From an uncultured delta proteobacterium (lineage in GTDB: Bacteria > Desulfobacterota > Binatia > Binatales > Binataceae), in contig CAWCDG010000004.1 in NCBI GenBank assembly GCA_963794325.1, positions 1,216,001 to 1,280,000 on the forward strand: 64,000 nucleotides of DNA, read 5' to 3'. A program made the position numbers and the translations under genes. The notes below the pieces were generated by a model. The model had not been told where the DNA came from and did not search any database. It saw only the letters and a program-made list of their open reading frames with translations. Shown one piece after another: positions 1 through 9,848 of the stretch. Position 1 is the first letter of the stretch, and the number at the start of each line of letters is the position of its first letter.

Positions 1-22
1 GATTCGCTAAATCCTGAAAGAA

Positions 23-826
23 CTAGAACAGCGAGCCGACGAAATGCTCCAGTTCCAGATTGAACTTCACGATGACGCGGTCTGACCCGCGCGTCAGGCC
101 GATACCCGGGCCGAAGTTGTACTCGATTCCGTGCGGCAGCGCGCCCCTCACGACTGGGAAGATGTAGTGCTGCTGCGCGCGTAACGGATCGTTGTCGTCG
201 ATCAGGCCAAGTGCGCCGTAAAACTCGAGGCCCGGTGAAATCTCGCGCAGGTAGTCGTAGTAGATCCCGGCCGCATACCCGAACTCGAATCCCTTGTTCT
301 TGTTGGGCCCGACGAAAACGCTCTTTTCGAAAATCGGATTGAGTGAGATTTCGAATTTGCGGATGTCTTTCTCGATGATCGGCTTCAGCTCGAGTTCGAG
401 CTGGTTGTCGTCGAATTGCGGCGTCCGATGCCATTCCAGCTCGGCGTACCAGCCCAAATCGACCGGCAACTCACCCTGCTCGAACAGGCTTCCCCGCACG
501 CGAAACTTTGAGCCCGCATATTGAAACGACTCGGCATTGGGATGCGCGAGATTCAGGTAGGCGGCGCCCTCGACGCGGTCCGTGAAGCCGTAAGTGAGCT
601 CGAACGCGGTGCGGTACATATCCTGGCTCGGAAAATCGCCGGCCGAAGTGCCGCCGCCATGGTTGTGACCGTTCGGCACGAAGCTGTTGAGCGATTCCAG
701 CTCGACGACGCCCTTGCCCTCGGTCTGATACGGGTACACTTCGAACTCGAATGGATCGACTTGCGCGAGCGCACTAGAAGCGATCAGCGATAGCGCGGCA
801 GCGAGAAAGATCGCGCGCGTTTTCAT
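23..826 (-). CDS. Secreted/outer-membrane beta-barrel-like protein in iron-uptake operon
   Basis: Signal peptide, alternating aromatic/hydrophobic strands, C-terminal Phe; overlaps the upstream gene (ATGA). Confidence 0.65.
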   Translation of the reverse strand: MKTRAIFLAAALSLIASSALAQVDPFEFEVYPYQTEGKGVVELESLNSFVPNGHNHGGGTSAGDFPSQDMYRTAFELTYGFTDRVEGAAYLNLAHPNAESFQYAGSKFRVRGSLFEQGELPVDLGWYAELEWHRTPQFDDNQLELELKPIIEKDIRKFEISLNPIFEKSVFVGPNKNKGFEFGYAAGIYYDYLREISPGLEFYGALGLIDDNDPLRAQQHYIFPVVRGALPHGIEYNFGPGIGLTRGSDRVIVKFNLELEHFVGSLF

Positions 827-1308
827 CGCGATGACGACGGCGCGTGCGAAGATTTCTCATCGGCGATCCATCGCGTGATCGCGATGCGTTCATCGGATGT
901 CAGATGCGCACGAGGATGCATCGCGAGGTAGTACCACGGCGGCATCGCGCGGTTCGCGATCAGACGCGCGATCTCATCGAGCTTTTGATCTTCGGTGCCG
1001 GGATCGGATGTGTAATCGGTCCACGACGAGAAGTTGAGCCGTCGACGTCCTTGGTCAACGTCGTGATGAATCCACCATGAGAACGGCGCCACCGCGCTGT
1101 ACCAGGGCCACCGCGTTTGGTTCGAATGACAGTCGTAGCAGGAGCGCTCGAGGGCATCCTTAACCGCAGGTGGAGCGGTCAGGTCACCTTGCACGGTCGG
1201 ATTGGAACGAACGGGACGCACCAGCTGCGCTATCAAGACCGCGATTGCTACGAACCACAGGATCGCCCGAAATGCGCGGCGATCCCCAGCTGCTTCAGCG
1301 CGAGACAA
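823..1308 (-). CDS. Heme-binding domain protein (Haem_bd-type, c-type heme)
   Basis: N-terminal TM anchor, SCYDCH CxxCH, WPWYS..AP.SW, LNFS, MPP..Y motifs. Confidence 0.85.
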   Translation of the reverse strand: MSRAEAAGDRRAFRAILWFVAIAVLIAQLVRPVRSNPTVQGDLTAPPAVKDALERSCYDCHSNQTRWPWYSAVAPFSWWIHHDVDQGRRRLNFSSWTDYTSDPGTEDQKLDEIARLIANRAMPPWYYLAMHPRAHLTSDERIAITRWIADEKSSHAPSSSR

Positions 1309-1630
1309 TCTCGCCTTTGACGGCGCCGTTGCTGAAATCGTCGATGAACGAATAGGTGCCGGGCGGGAGCGCCGGGATGTACACGGTGATCGTCTGTCCC
1401 GGTTGCACGACGCGCTCGCGATGCAACTCGAAGCTCTCGAACTCTACCGCCGCATCGCCGGCGTTGGTGACCTGCAATTTGATCGGAGTATTGGCGGGCA
1501 GGGTCAGGCTTGCGGGCTCGACTGCGCCGCCGTGAAAGCGCAGCGCGGAGTCATCTGCCGCGCGCGCCGACGGCGAGGGGGCAACGAATAGAGCTAGGAT
1601 TGCGAGTGCAGCGATCGTTTTGAGAGTCAT
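1295..1630 (-). CDS. Cupredoxin domain protein (EfeO/FtrB-like)
   Basis: Signal peptide, EFESFEL..E.VV.PG and PGTY.F.DDF motifs. Confidence 0.85.
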   Translation of the reverse strand: MTLKTIAALAILALFVAPSPSARAADDSALRFHGGAVEPASLTLPANTPIKLQVTNAGDAAVEFESFELHRERVVQPGQTITVYIPALPPGTYSFIDDFSNGAVKGEIVSR

Positions 1631-1649
1631 TAAGCTGGCGGCTCCTGAG

Positions 1650-1668
1650 ATTGAGAATGATTCTCATT
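1650..1668. promoter_or_regulatory. Fur-box-like operator
   Basis: Perfect 7-1-7 palindrome TGAGAAT-G-ATTCTCA (1652-1666), ~20 bp upstream of the cupredoxin start; TTGACA on the minus strand nearby. Confidence 0.75.
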
Positions 1669-1894
1669 TACATCTCTGCGTGCTCCTTGTCAAGACGAAT
1701 TGTGGTTGGTCCTTCTCCATAGCGCGGAAAATGAGGGCCAAATGATGTGATTGGTCGACCTGTCATGTGCTTGGGCATCGAATTTGTTGACTACGGGAGC
1801 AATGGCGGCTAATCGTAGAGAGTGCTGTGTAAGTGGGCACCGGCCGTTTTGTAAGGTGCCGGGCGGGAATCGCGCCGACGGGGACTCGCGCGCG

Positions 1895-2980
1895 ATGGAG
1901 ACGTTGTTGTTTGTAGCGAAGGTCTCGGGAAACCGAATAGTCAGGGGAATCGCGCCGTTCGCGCTCGCGATCGCATTTGTGTTGGCGGTCGGCTCCAAGG
2001 CGTCCTCAGAAACCAAGCTCCCTTTCCCGCGTCCCCAAGTGATCCAGCCCAACGTTGATTTCTGGGTGAATGTTTTCACCAAGTACTCGGATCACGATTT
2101 CGTGGTCATGGATCGCGACAACGTCCAGCGCATCTACCACGTCTTTAATCTTCCCGGCGACGGCCGCCCGACCGCCACTGATATCGACTGGGCGAACTCC
2201 TATCTCAAAATCAAGTACGGCGACATTCTGAATCGCCTGGCGTCGGGACGAGAGCCCGCCAACGACGACGAACGCGAAGTCGCCGCTATGTTCAAGGGCG
2301 AGCCACCCAACGCTTACGCCGCCGCCGCGCAGAACCTGCGCGTGCAGGAAGGACTGCGGGAGGATTTCCACGACGGTCTCCTGCGCAGCAAGTACTACAA
2401 GCCGACGATGGAGCGGATATTCCGCACTGCGGGACTGCCGCCCGAGCTGGTAACCCTGGCGAGCGTCGAGTCGGGCTTCCACAGCGGGTCGCGCTCGAGC
2501 GCCGGAGCCGTCGGCATCTGGCAGTTCACGCGTGATACCGGCAAGCACTACATGAGAATCACGCGCTACCACGACGATCGCCTGAACCCCGACCGCGAGA
2601 CTCTCGCGGCCGCTAAGCTATTGCGCTCCAACTACGACACGCTGGGCGATTGGCCGCTGGCGATTACCGCGTACAACTACGGCACCGGCGGAGTGGCGCG
2701 CGCGGCAGGAATTTACGGTGGCGACTATTCCGAGATGGTCCAGCATTACCAAGGGCCGCACTTCGGCTTCGCCGTGAAGAACTACTACGCGGAATTCCTC
2801 GCCGCCTTGCAGGTGCATCGCGACGAAGACAAGTACTTCCCCGGCATCGAGGACGAACCCGCGATTCGCCCCGCGCCAATCAAGACCGACTTCGCGCCGA
2901 AGCACTCGAAGAAGTCGCACACCCATCACACTTCCGCGAAGACCCATCACTCGAAAAAGACCGTCGCGCAAAAGACCTGA
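1895..2980 (+). CDS. Lytic murein transglycosylase (MltD-like SLT domain)
   Basis: VES, AVGIWQF and AYNYG SLT motifs; His/Lys-rich tail; start uncertain. Confidence 0.85.
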   Translation: METLLFVAKVSGNRIVRGIAPFALAIAFVLAVGSKASSETKLPFPRPQVIQPNVDFWVNVFTKYSDHDFVVMDRDNVQRIYHVFNLPGDGRPTATDIDWANSYLKIKYGDILNRLASGREPANDDEREVAAMFKGEPPNAYAAAAQNLRVQEGLREDFHDGLLRSKYYKPTMERIFRTAGLPPELVTLASVESGFHSGSRSSAGAVGIWQFTRDTGKHYMRITRYHDDRLNPDRETLAAAKLLRSNYDTLGDWPLAITAYNYGTGGVARAAGIYGGDYSEMVQHYQGPHFGFAVKNYYAEFLAALQVHRDEDKYFPGIEDEPAIRPAPIKTDFAPKHSKKSHTHHTSAKTHHSKKTVAQKT

Positions 2981-3048
2981 ACCGCGCTCGTCGGCTGGCA
3001 CCGTAGGAGTCGCGGCGCGCGCCGCCTGCGTCTGTTATCGTTGATAGG

Positions 3049-6015
3049 ATGCAACGCGCGGCCACGCAATCCCCGCAACTCGCGGTCCTCGGCCAACGCC
3101 TCAAGGACCGGCTGGGCCACTCGCGCCTCGCGCAGAATGCGATTACGGCCGTCAAGGATCGCGCGCCTGACGATCAGTTGGCGCTCGCCTTCCTGACCAA
3201 GCTCGCCGAGAATTCCACCGATGCGCTGAAAGACCTGCTGAGCGATCGCCGTGCAGCCAGCGATCTGATCTTCTGCCTCGGCTCATCGGAACTGGTCGCG
3301 ACCGAGCTGTCCCTGGCCGGCCCGGAGTGGGCGGAAATCTTTCTCGATGCGCGCGCCCAGACTATCGATGGGCTGGTCGCCGCGATGCGCACCGAACGGG
3401 CCACGATCGACGCGCCTGACCGTCAGGCGGCCGCCGCGATGCTCGGGACTTTCATGCGCCGGATGATGGTGCGGGTTGCGATCGCCGATCTGCTCGACCG
3501 TCTCACCCCGGCCGAGACGGCGATGGCGATGTCGGAGCTGGCCGACGAATGCATTCGCACCGCGCTCGACCTGGCGACTCGATTTCTTGGCAAACGCGCG
3601 CGCGAGGTCGGCCGATTCTGCATCCTTGCGATGGGCAAGCTCGGCGCGCGCGAGCTCAACCTCAGCTCGGACGTCGATTTGATTTATCTTCATGAGTCCA
3701 CGGGTTCGTCGGACAGTTCAGAAGCGGCGGCGCGCCTCGGTGAATGGTTTACTGAAATTCTGTCCGCGCGATGCTTTCGAATCGATATGCGGCTTCGGCC
3801 CGGCGGGCGCTCCGCGCCGCTGGTGACCCCGATCGACGGCGCAATCAACTATTACGAGAACCTCGGCGCGCCCTGGGAGCGTGCGGCGCTGCTGCGTGCG
3901 CGGCCGGTCGCCGGCGACCTCGAAATCGGACTGCAATTGCGGACCGAGCTGAATCACTTCGTGTTTCGCAGCTACCTGGATTTCGACACGCTGCGCCAGT
4001 TGCGATCGATGAAGCATCAGATCGAGGCCGAGCTGAAAACGCCCGCGATGATCGAGCGCAACATCAAGCTCGGCCGCGGCGGAATCCGCGAGCTCGAATT
4101 TATCGTGCAGGCGCTGACGCTGATTTATGGGGGACGCGACCCGCGCCTTCGCATCGAGCAGACCGTCGCCGCGCTCGAGAAGCTCGACGCGCTCGGCTAC
4201 TTGCCGTCGAAGCGCGCGCGCGAACTCGGCGATGCGTACCTGTTCCTGCGCGACGTCGAGCACAAGCTGCAAGTTGTCGCTGGCCTGCAGACCCACGTCC
4301 TGCCCGCCACGGAAGACGGGATGCGCGCGCTGGCGGCGCGGATGGGTTTCGGCAAGGGACCGGCGGCGCTGAAGAAATTCAGCGAGCTGCTGAAATCTCA
4401 TCGCGCCCTGGTCGAGCTGCAATTTCGCGAGACCCTGGCCGGTGGCGACGAATTGTCGACGCGCTCGGTCTCTTCTTCCGCGGAACTGGCGTGGAACTCG
4501 GCGCTTAATCCCGATTCCGCAACCCGCTATCTGCGCGAGCTCGACTTCGCGCGCGCCGACGAAAGCGCGCGCCATCTCGAGCTGCTTGCGCGCGGGCCTT
4601 CGCATGCACCGACCAGCCCGCGCCGTCGCGAGCTGCTGGAGCGCCTCGGCCCGATGCTGATGGACGAGATCGGCCGCCTGCCCGATCCCGACTTGGCGCT
4701 GATGAACCTGGCCGAGTTTATCGCGGCGATCGGCGCCCGCACGTCGTTCCTGGCTCTGCTCGAGCAGCATCCGGCGACGCGGCGAGTTCTGCTGCGGCTG
4801 TTTGCCTCGAGCGCATACTTGTCGACTATCTTCATCCGCCATCCCGACATGCTCGACACGCTGGTGCGCTCCGACCTTGCCGCGACCCGGCGCAGTCCGG
4901 CCGAATTGCGCGACGAGCTGGCGGGACTTATCGCGGCGAGCCCCGACTTCGAGAGCAAGCTGGACGCGCTGCGCGCGTTTCGGCATCAGGAGTTTTTGCG
5001 CATCGCAATCGCGGACCTCGCCGGCGATCTTGAATTGTTCGACGTCGAGCGCGAGCTCACCACGCTCGCCGAAACGGTGCTGGACGAGGCGATGGCGCTG
5101 GCGCGAATTCAGACCGGGTCGCGCTTCGCGATTCCCGCCACGATGCGGCTGTGCGCGATTGCGATGGGCCGTCTCGGCGCCAGCGAAATGTCATACAACT
5201 CCGACCTCGATCTGATCTTTGTTTACGACGACCGCGCGGAAGTGGCTGGCGGCAGCCGCGAAATCGCGTCGCGAATCACGCAGAAGCTGATCGCGATCCT
5301 CGAATCGCGCACCCGCGAAGGATACGCGTACAAACTCGACTTGCGCCTGCGGCCATCGGGCAACGCGGGCCCGCTGGTCACGTCGCTGGCCGGGTTCCGC
5401 GAGTATCATCGGCAAAGTTCCGCGGTCTGGGAACGGCAAGCGCTGGTGCGCGCGCGCGTGATAACCGGCGACTCTGAACTGGGGCGCGAAGTCGAGGCGG
5501 CGCGCCAGGAATTCGTGTACGGCCGCGGACTGACCCCGCCTGAGGTAGGCGAAATAGCCGCCATGCGTCATCGGATGGAGATGGAGATAGGCGCCGAGGA
5601 CAAGACGCGGCTAAATATCAAGCAGGGCCACGGCGGCCTGGTGGATGTCGAGTTCCTGGTACAGATGATGGCGCTCAGCCATGGTCATCGGCATCCGGAA
5701 TTGCGGGTGCGCGATACGATGGGCCTGCTCGAAGCGCTCGACGGCCTCCATCTACTGACCGCCGCCGACGCGTCCATCCTCGAAGACGACTACCGCTTCC
5801 TGTCGCAGTTGGAGAATCGCCTGCGAATCGAGAGCGACCAGCCCTCGTGGGCGGTGCCAACATCCGTAATTGGCCTGCGCCCACTGGCGCGCCGGATGGG
5901 TTTCGAAGGCGCCGACGGCGCATCGCGACTGCTCGCCGAATTAGCACAACGCCGCAATCGCATCCGCGCAATCTTCGACCGCTACTTCGCGGCTACTCGG
6001 CCCTTGTCATCCTGA
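3049..6015 (+). CDS. glnE: Bifunctional glutamine synthetase adenylyltransferase/deadenylase
   Basis: Two NT domains: MGKLGARELNLSSDVDL and MGRLGASEMSYNSDLDL, DxRLRP, WER.AL. Confidence 0.95.
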   Translation: MQRAATQSPQLAVLGQRLKDRLGHSRLAQNAITAVKDRAPDDQLALAFLTKLAENSTDALKDLLSDRRAASDLIFCLGSSELVATELSLAGPEWAEIFLDARAQTIDGLVAAMRTERATIDAPDRQAAAAMLGTFMRRMMVRVAIADLLDRLTPAETAMAMSELADECIRTALDLATRFLGKRAREVGRFCILAMGKLGARELNLSSDVDLIYLHESTGSSDSSEAAARLGEWFTEILSARCFRIDMRLRPGGRSAPLVTPIDGAINYYENLGAPWERAALLRARPVAGDLEIGLQLRTELNHFVFRSYLDFDTLRQLRSMKHQIEAELKTPAMIERNIKLGRGGIRELEFIVQALTLIYGGRDPRLRIEQTVAALEKLDALGYLPSKRARELGDAYLFLRDVEHKLQVVAGLQTHVLPATEDGMRALAARMGFGKGPAALKKFSELLKSHRALVELQFRETLAGGDELSTRSVSSSAELAWNSALNPDSATRYLRELDFARADESARHLELLARGPSHAPTSPRRRELLERLGPMLMDEIGRLPDPDLALMNLAEFIAAIGARTSFLALLEQHPATRRVLLRLFASSAYLSTIFIRHPDMLDTLVRSDLAATRRSPAELRDELAGLIAASPDFESKLDALRAFRHQEFLRIAIADLAGDLELFDVERELTTLAETVLDEAMALARIQTGSRFAIPATMRLCAIAMGRLGASEMSYNSDLDLIFVYDDRAEVAGGSREIASRITQKLIAILESRTREGYAYKLDLRLRPSGNAGPLVTSLAGFREYHRQSSAVWERQALVRARVITGDSELGREVEAARQEFVYGRGLTPPEVGEIAAMRHRMEMEIGAEDKTRLNIKQGHGGLVDVEFLVQMMALSHGHRHPELRVRDTMGLLEALDGLHLLTAADASILEDDYRFLSQLENRLRIESDQPSWAVPTSVIGLRPLARRMGFEGADGASRLLAELAQRRNRIRAIFDRYFAATRPLSS

Positions 6016-6050
6016 CGGAGCGAGCAACGCGAGCGGCAGGAAGGATCTCG
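6004..6050 (+). repeat. REP-like element (GTCATCCTGA...GAAGGATCT family)
   Basis: Resembles the GTCATTCAGAGCGAAGCGAAGAATC repeats at 32160-32196 and 40751. Confidence 0.4.
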
Positions 6051-6097
6051 GACAGCGGGGCGCAAGCGCCGCCGGTTCCGGTTCTGCGTTGCTGCAA

Positions 6098-8197
6098 CTA
6101 CTCAAAATCCAGCTTCACCCCCGCCAGCACGTTGATTGTCGGCGCCTTGAATCCGAAGGCCTGCGAATAGTTACGGTCCATCAGGTTGTTCACTCGCGCG
6201 AACACCTCCTCATTGCTCACGTGGCTCAGCGGGACTCCCACCGTGTATGACACCACCGCGTTGACCAGGTTGTATGCGGAGTGATTCGCGACCGGCGGAA
6301 CTCCGCTCACCGTGAGGTCGTCGCGATCGCCGACGAAGATGTAGTTCACGTTGGCGGTGATTTTATCGTGAGGCAGAAAACTCCCGCTCCGCACGTATTC
6401 CAGCAGGGCTGACGCGGTGTGCTTCGCCACCCGCAGCGGACGGGGTGGGGTCAAAAACGCTTTTGTGAAGTTGAGCGGGGAATCGGCGTGCGTCTCGTCG
6501 AGCACGGTCACGTTGCCGCTGAGCGTCAGTCCCTTGAAGAGCGTGACGCTCGGCACGATCTCGACGCCTTGCGTGTCCACGCGCGAAGCATTGCCCGCTT
6601 CCGATCCAAATTCACAGGTCGGGCCAACCTTGCACGGCACCGTGACAATCAGGTTCTTCACGCGCCGCGAAAAAAAGGTCGCAGTTATCGAGGCTCGCTC
6701 GCCGAAGTTGGTGGTGAATCCGCCGTCCCACTCGCTCGAAATCTCCGGCTTCAAATCGGGATTGCCGAAACCCGGGAAGAATAGCTCGTTGAAGGCCGGC
6801 GCGCGAAAGCCTTCGGTATAGCTGCCGCGCAAGGTGGTAGAGATTTTTGTGATCGGAATCGCGACCGACCACGCGGGGCTGACCTCCTTGCCGAACTCGC
6901 TGTTGCCATCGACGCGAAATCCTCCCGTCACCAGAACGTGGCCCTGGAGAAAACTGCCCTCTTGCTCGAGGTAGCCCGCGTATTCCTGGCGGCGCGCGCT
7001 GAACAGGCTTATCGACGTTAACAGCGGCGGAGGCGGCGTGAAGTTCGCGAACGTGAAGATGCCATCCGAGCGGACCCATCGATCTTTGAAATCGAATCCG
7101 GCGAGCGTGCGAAAGCCCTCTAACCGGGGCCAGGTGAACACCGTCTCGATCAGCCCGCCGCGCGTCTCGTCGGGGATGCGATCTTCCTCGCTGCCCGCGA
7201 AGCCCAGATAAGGCGTCGAGGTCGCGCGTAAATCCTGCCGCACGAAATACGCGTTCGCGCGCACCAGTATGTTTTCGCCGAAGTGATGCTCGACTTCGCC
7301 CTTGAACAACATGAACTCGTTGCGTTGGTGCGCGGTCGGATCCAGCAGTGATCCGGAGAACTGGTTCAAATTCGGCAGGCTCACGTTCGATGCGATGTAG
7401 CGCGCGAAGCCGCGCAGGACAGTGTCGTCGCCAAGGTGATAGTCGAGCCGCCCGTTGAGCGCGAGATTGTCGGAGTTGTCGTTGACCGGACGAAACCCCT
7501 CAGTCGAAAAGTACGACACCGCGCCCGAGTAATGAAGATTTCCGTCGGCGCCGCTGACGGTTCCAACTTGATTGCTGGTCGCGCGATTGCCGCCCGCTGA
7601 CAGCAGGCTCGCCGTCGGCGGACCATCGCCCTCCTGGGACAGCACGTTGACGACGCCGCCGATCGCCTGCGAGCCGTACAGCGAGCCGCCCGCGCCGCGC
7701 AAAATCTCGACGCGATCGAGATTGTCTGTAGTCAGGTTCGCGAGGTCGAAGCTGCCGGTCGCGCCCGCGTTGACCTCGACCCCGTCGATCAGCACCAGCG
7801 TCTGCGACGGCGTAGCGCCGCGAATCGACACGTCGGTGACCGAGCCGGGCGAACCGCTCTGCGTGACCTGCACGCCGGGCACCTGGCGCAGCACGTCCGC
7901 GATGCGATCGATCTTCTGCTCCTGGATTTGCGGATCTTCGACGACCGTGATCGTCGTGCCGATCTCGCCGATCGGTTGCGGGATTCGCGTCGCGGTGACG
8001 ACCACCGGATTCAGCTTCTGCGCCTCTTCTTTTTTGGCGGGAGGCGACGTCTGAGTGGCCTTCTTCTTCTGTGGCGAAGCTTTCTGAGTTTGTGTTTGCG
8101 CTGGCGACGCGGCGGCGGCTGGCGTTTGAGCCAGTGCGATGGGCGCATAAGGCGCCAACGCAAAGACTGTCGACAGGATCAAAATAGGAAACCGCAT
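6098..8197 (-). CDS. btuB: TonB-dependent cobalamin receptor (BtuB-like)
   Basis: VVVTATR TonB-box region, plug motifs (LIDGV, RVEILRG..SLYGSQAIGGVVN), downstream of a B12 riboswitch; GGAGGGAG RBS before ATG 8197. Confidence 0.85.
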   Translation of the reverse strand: MRFPILILSTVFALAPYAPIALAQTPAAAASPAQTQTQKASPQKKKATQTSPPAKKEEAQKLNPVVVTATRIPQPIGEIGTTITVVEDPQIQEQKIDRIADVLRQVPGVQVTQSGSPGSVTDVSIRGATPSQTLVLIDGVEVNAGATGSFDLANLTTDNLDRVEILRGAGGSLYGSQAIGGVVNVLSQEGDGPPTASLLSAGGNRATSNQVGTVSGADGNLHYSGAVSYFSTEGFRPVNDNSDNLALNGRLDYHLGDDTVLRGFARYIASNVSLPNLNQFSGSLLDPTAHQRNEFMLFKGEVEHHFGENILVRANAYFVRQDLRATSTPYLGFAGSEEDRIPDETRGGLIETVFTWPRLEGFRTLAGFDFKDRWVRSDGIFTFANFTPPPPLLTSISLFSARRQEYAGYLEQEGSFLQGHVLVTGGFRVDGNSEFGKEVSPAWSVAIPITKISTTLRGSYTEGFRAPAFNELFFPGFGNPDLKPEISSEWDGGFTTNFGERASITATFFSRRVKNLIVTVPCKVGPTCEFGSEAGNASRVDTQGVEIVPSVTLFKGLTLSGNVTVLDETHADSPLNFTKAFLTPPRPLRVAKHTASALLEYVRSGSFLPHDKITANVNYIFVGDRDDLTVSGVPPVANHSAYNLVNAVVSYTVGVPLSHVSNEEVFARVNNLMDRNYSQAFGFKAPTINVLAGVKLDFE

Positions 8198-8250
8198 GAA
8201 CTCCCTCCGAGTCCAAAAGCTGCCATCGCGATGGAAGGAGTCGGGTACTG

Positions 8251-8288
8251 AAAAAAGACCCGACCTCTCGCGTATCGAGGGATCGGGC
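8251..8288 (-). terminator. Intrinsic terminator in btuB leader (riboswitch expression platform)
   Basis: Minus strand CCCGATCCCTCG-ATACG-CGAGAGGTCGGG followed by TCTTTTTT. Confidence 0.7.
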
Positions 8289-8340
8289 ATCAGGAATTCG
8301 TGTCTGACGCCACCCTCCCCGAGGAAGGCAGACAGTTAGT

Positions 8341-8480
8341 GACCCGGCCGGTCTCCTGGCTTGGGGTTCGTCCTTGGGCCCGCCTTCCCGCCGAAGCGGT
8401 GGCATGATGGGCCGTCGTCCCCCCACACAGTTGCGGGGCAGCGCCGGATTTAAACCGGCTTCCCGTGCACCGGGTGCGAC
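8341..8480 (-). ncRNA. Cobalamin riboswitch
   Basis: Minus strand GGGAAGCCGGT..AAATCCGG..CTGCCCCGCAACTGT..GCCACCG..CGGGAAGGC..AAGCCAGGAGACC.GCC (B12 box). Confidence 0.92.
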
Positions 8481-8549
8481 GCCGAAGTTACGCGCGGCAC
8501 CTCGCGCAGTCAACACGCGCCGCGCGATCGTGTACGCTCGATGATTCAC

Positions 8550-9071
8550 ATGGGCACTATCACGCTAATCACGGGCGGCGCGCGGAGCGGCAAGAGCATG
8601 CAGGCGTTGAAACTGGCGCGCCCTTATCAGCGCAAGTTCTTTGTCGCGACGGGAGAGGCGCTCGACGACGAAATGACGGCGCGAATCGAATTTCACCGAA
8701 CGACGCGGCCGCCGGAATTTCAAACCGTCGAGGAGCCGCTGAACGTCGTAGCGGCGATTGAGAAGCTGGGCAAAACCGCAGACCTGGTTGTGATCGATTG
8801 CCTCACCCTGTGGATGTCCAACCTGATGCTACGGCCGGCGATGAGCGAAGGGCCGATTCTCGCGGAGGCGGACAAGCTCGCGGCGGCGCTGAAGGCGGCG
8901 GCGTTCGCCAGCATCGTCGTAACCGATGAAGTGGGATCGGGAATCGTGCCGACCGATCATGCCGAGTCGCGCCGCTTCCGCGACCTGCTCGGATGGACCA
9001 ATCAGAAAGTCGCGGCGGTCGCCGACGATGTAGTCCTGATGGTTGCGGGTTATTCGGTGAAGATAAAGTAG
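8550..9071 (+). CDS. cobU: Adenosylcobinamide kinase / cobinamide-phosphate guanylyltransferase
   Basis: TGGARSGKS P-loop, DCLTLW, EVGSGIVP, R.FRD..G..NQ. Confidence 0.95.
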   Translation: MGTITLITGGARSGKSMQALKLARPYQRKFFVATGEALDDEMTARIEFHRTTRPPEFQTVEEPLNVVAAIEKLGKTADLVVIDCLTLWMSNLMLRPAMSEGPILAEADKLAAALKAAAFASIVVTDEVGSGIVPTDHAESRRFRDLLGWTNQKVAAVADDVVLMVAGYSVKIK

Positions 9072-9073
9072 GA

Positions 9074-9848
9074 TCACAACTGCATCGCGAGCAGGACGGC
9101 GATTTCGACCAGCTCGCCGCACGCACCGATCAAATCGCCAGTCACTCCGCCCAGCCATCGCCGATAGAAGATTCGCATAGCGAACACGATTGCGACTGTG
9201 ACTGCGGTGGCGAGAGCGATCGGACGCATCGCAGTAAGCATCACCATCACCAGCAGCGTCAAGACGGCGACGAACGCAGTTCGTGCGACTGAGATTTTGC
9301 CGCCGAGCAGCGCCGACCCGGAGCCGGAGGCGCGTAGATACGCTAGGCCCGCGGCAACGATGAGCATCGCCCAACGCGCGAGCATCGGAGCGACGATCAG
9401 CGCAGCGTAACGGCGATGACCCGCCAGCGTGGACAGCGCGAGAATCTTGAGCGTCAGGTCGAAGAAGATTGCGCTGGCGCCGAAGGTGCCGACACGGCTG
9501 TCGCGGAGAATCTCGAGAGCGCGTCGCATCGCGTCCGGCGCCGAGGGCGTCGGCCATGTCGGCCAGTCCGTCGAGATGAACTGCGCCGGTGATCACGGTA
9601 AGCGAGATGACAATGAGCACCGAACGAATCACCTGCGCGAAGACGTGAGCGAGAATCCAATCCTCGCCGACGAGCGCCACGCCGAGAAGGAAACCGACGA
9701 TCGGGAACCATGCAAACGATGCGGCGATGGTATCTTCGGAAGCGGGTCGCTGATCGATTACCGGCAGGATCGTAAGGAAGCTGATTGCGAGTAGCAGCTC
9801 GCTGAAGAATCCGCTCTTCGTTGTCGGCGCGACGGCGTCGTCGCTCAT
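9074..9848 (-). CDS. cobS: Cobalamin synthase, frameshifted near 9520 (pseudogene or assembly indel)
   Basis: N-half FLTILP..TGAVHLDGLADMAD in one frame; C-half LEILRDSRVGTFG..GGVTGDLIGA..E in another. Confidence 0.88.

Noticed and set aside
3718-4986. Long antisense or alternate-frame ORFs (also 49853-51043, 54093-55202, 7500-8549)
   Set aside because: Shadow ORFs of high-GC coding genes with no motifs.
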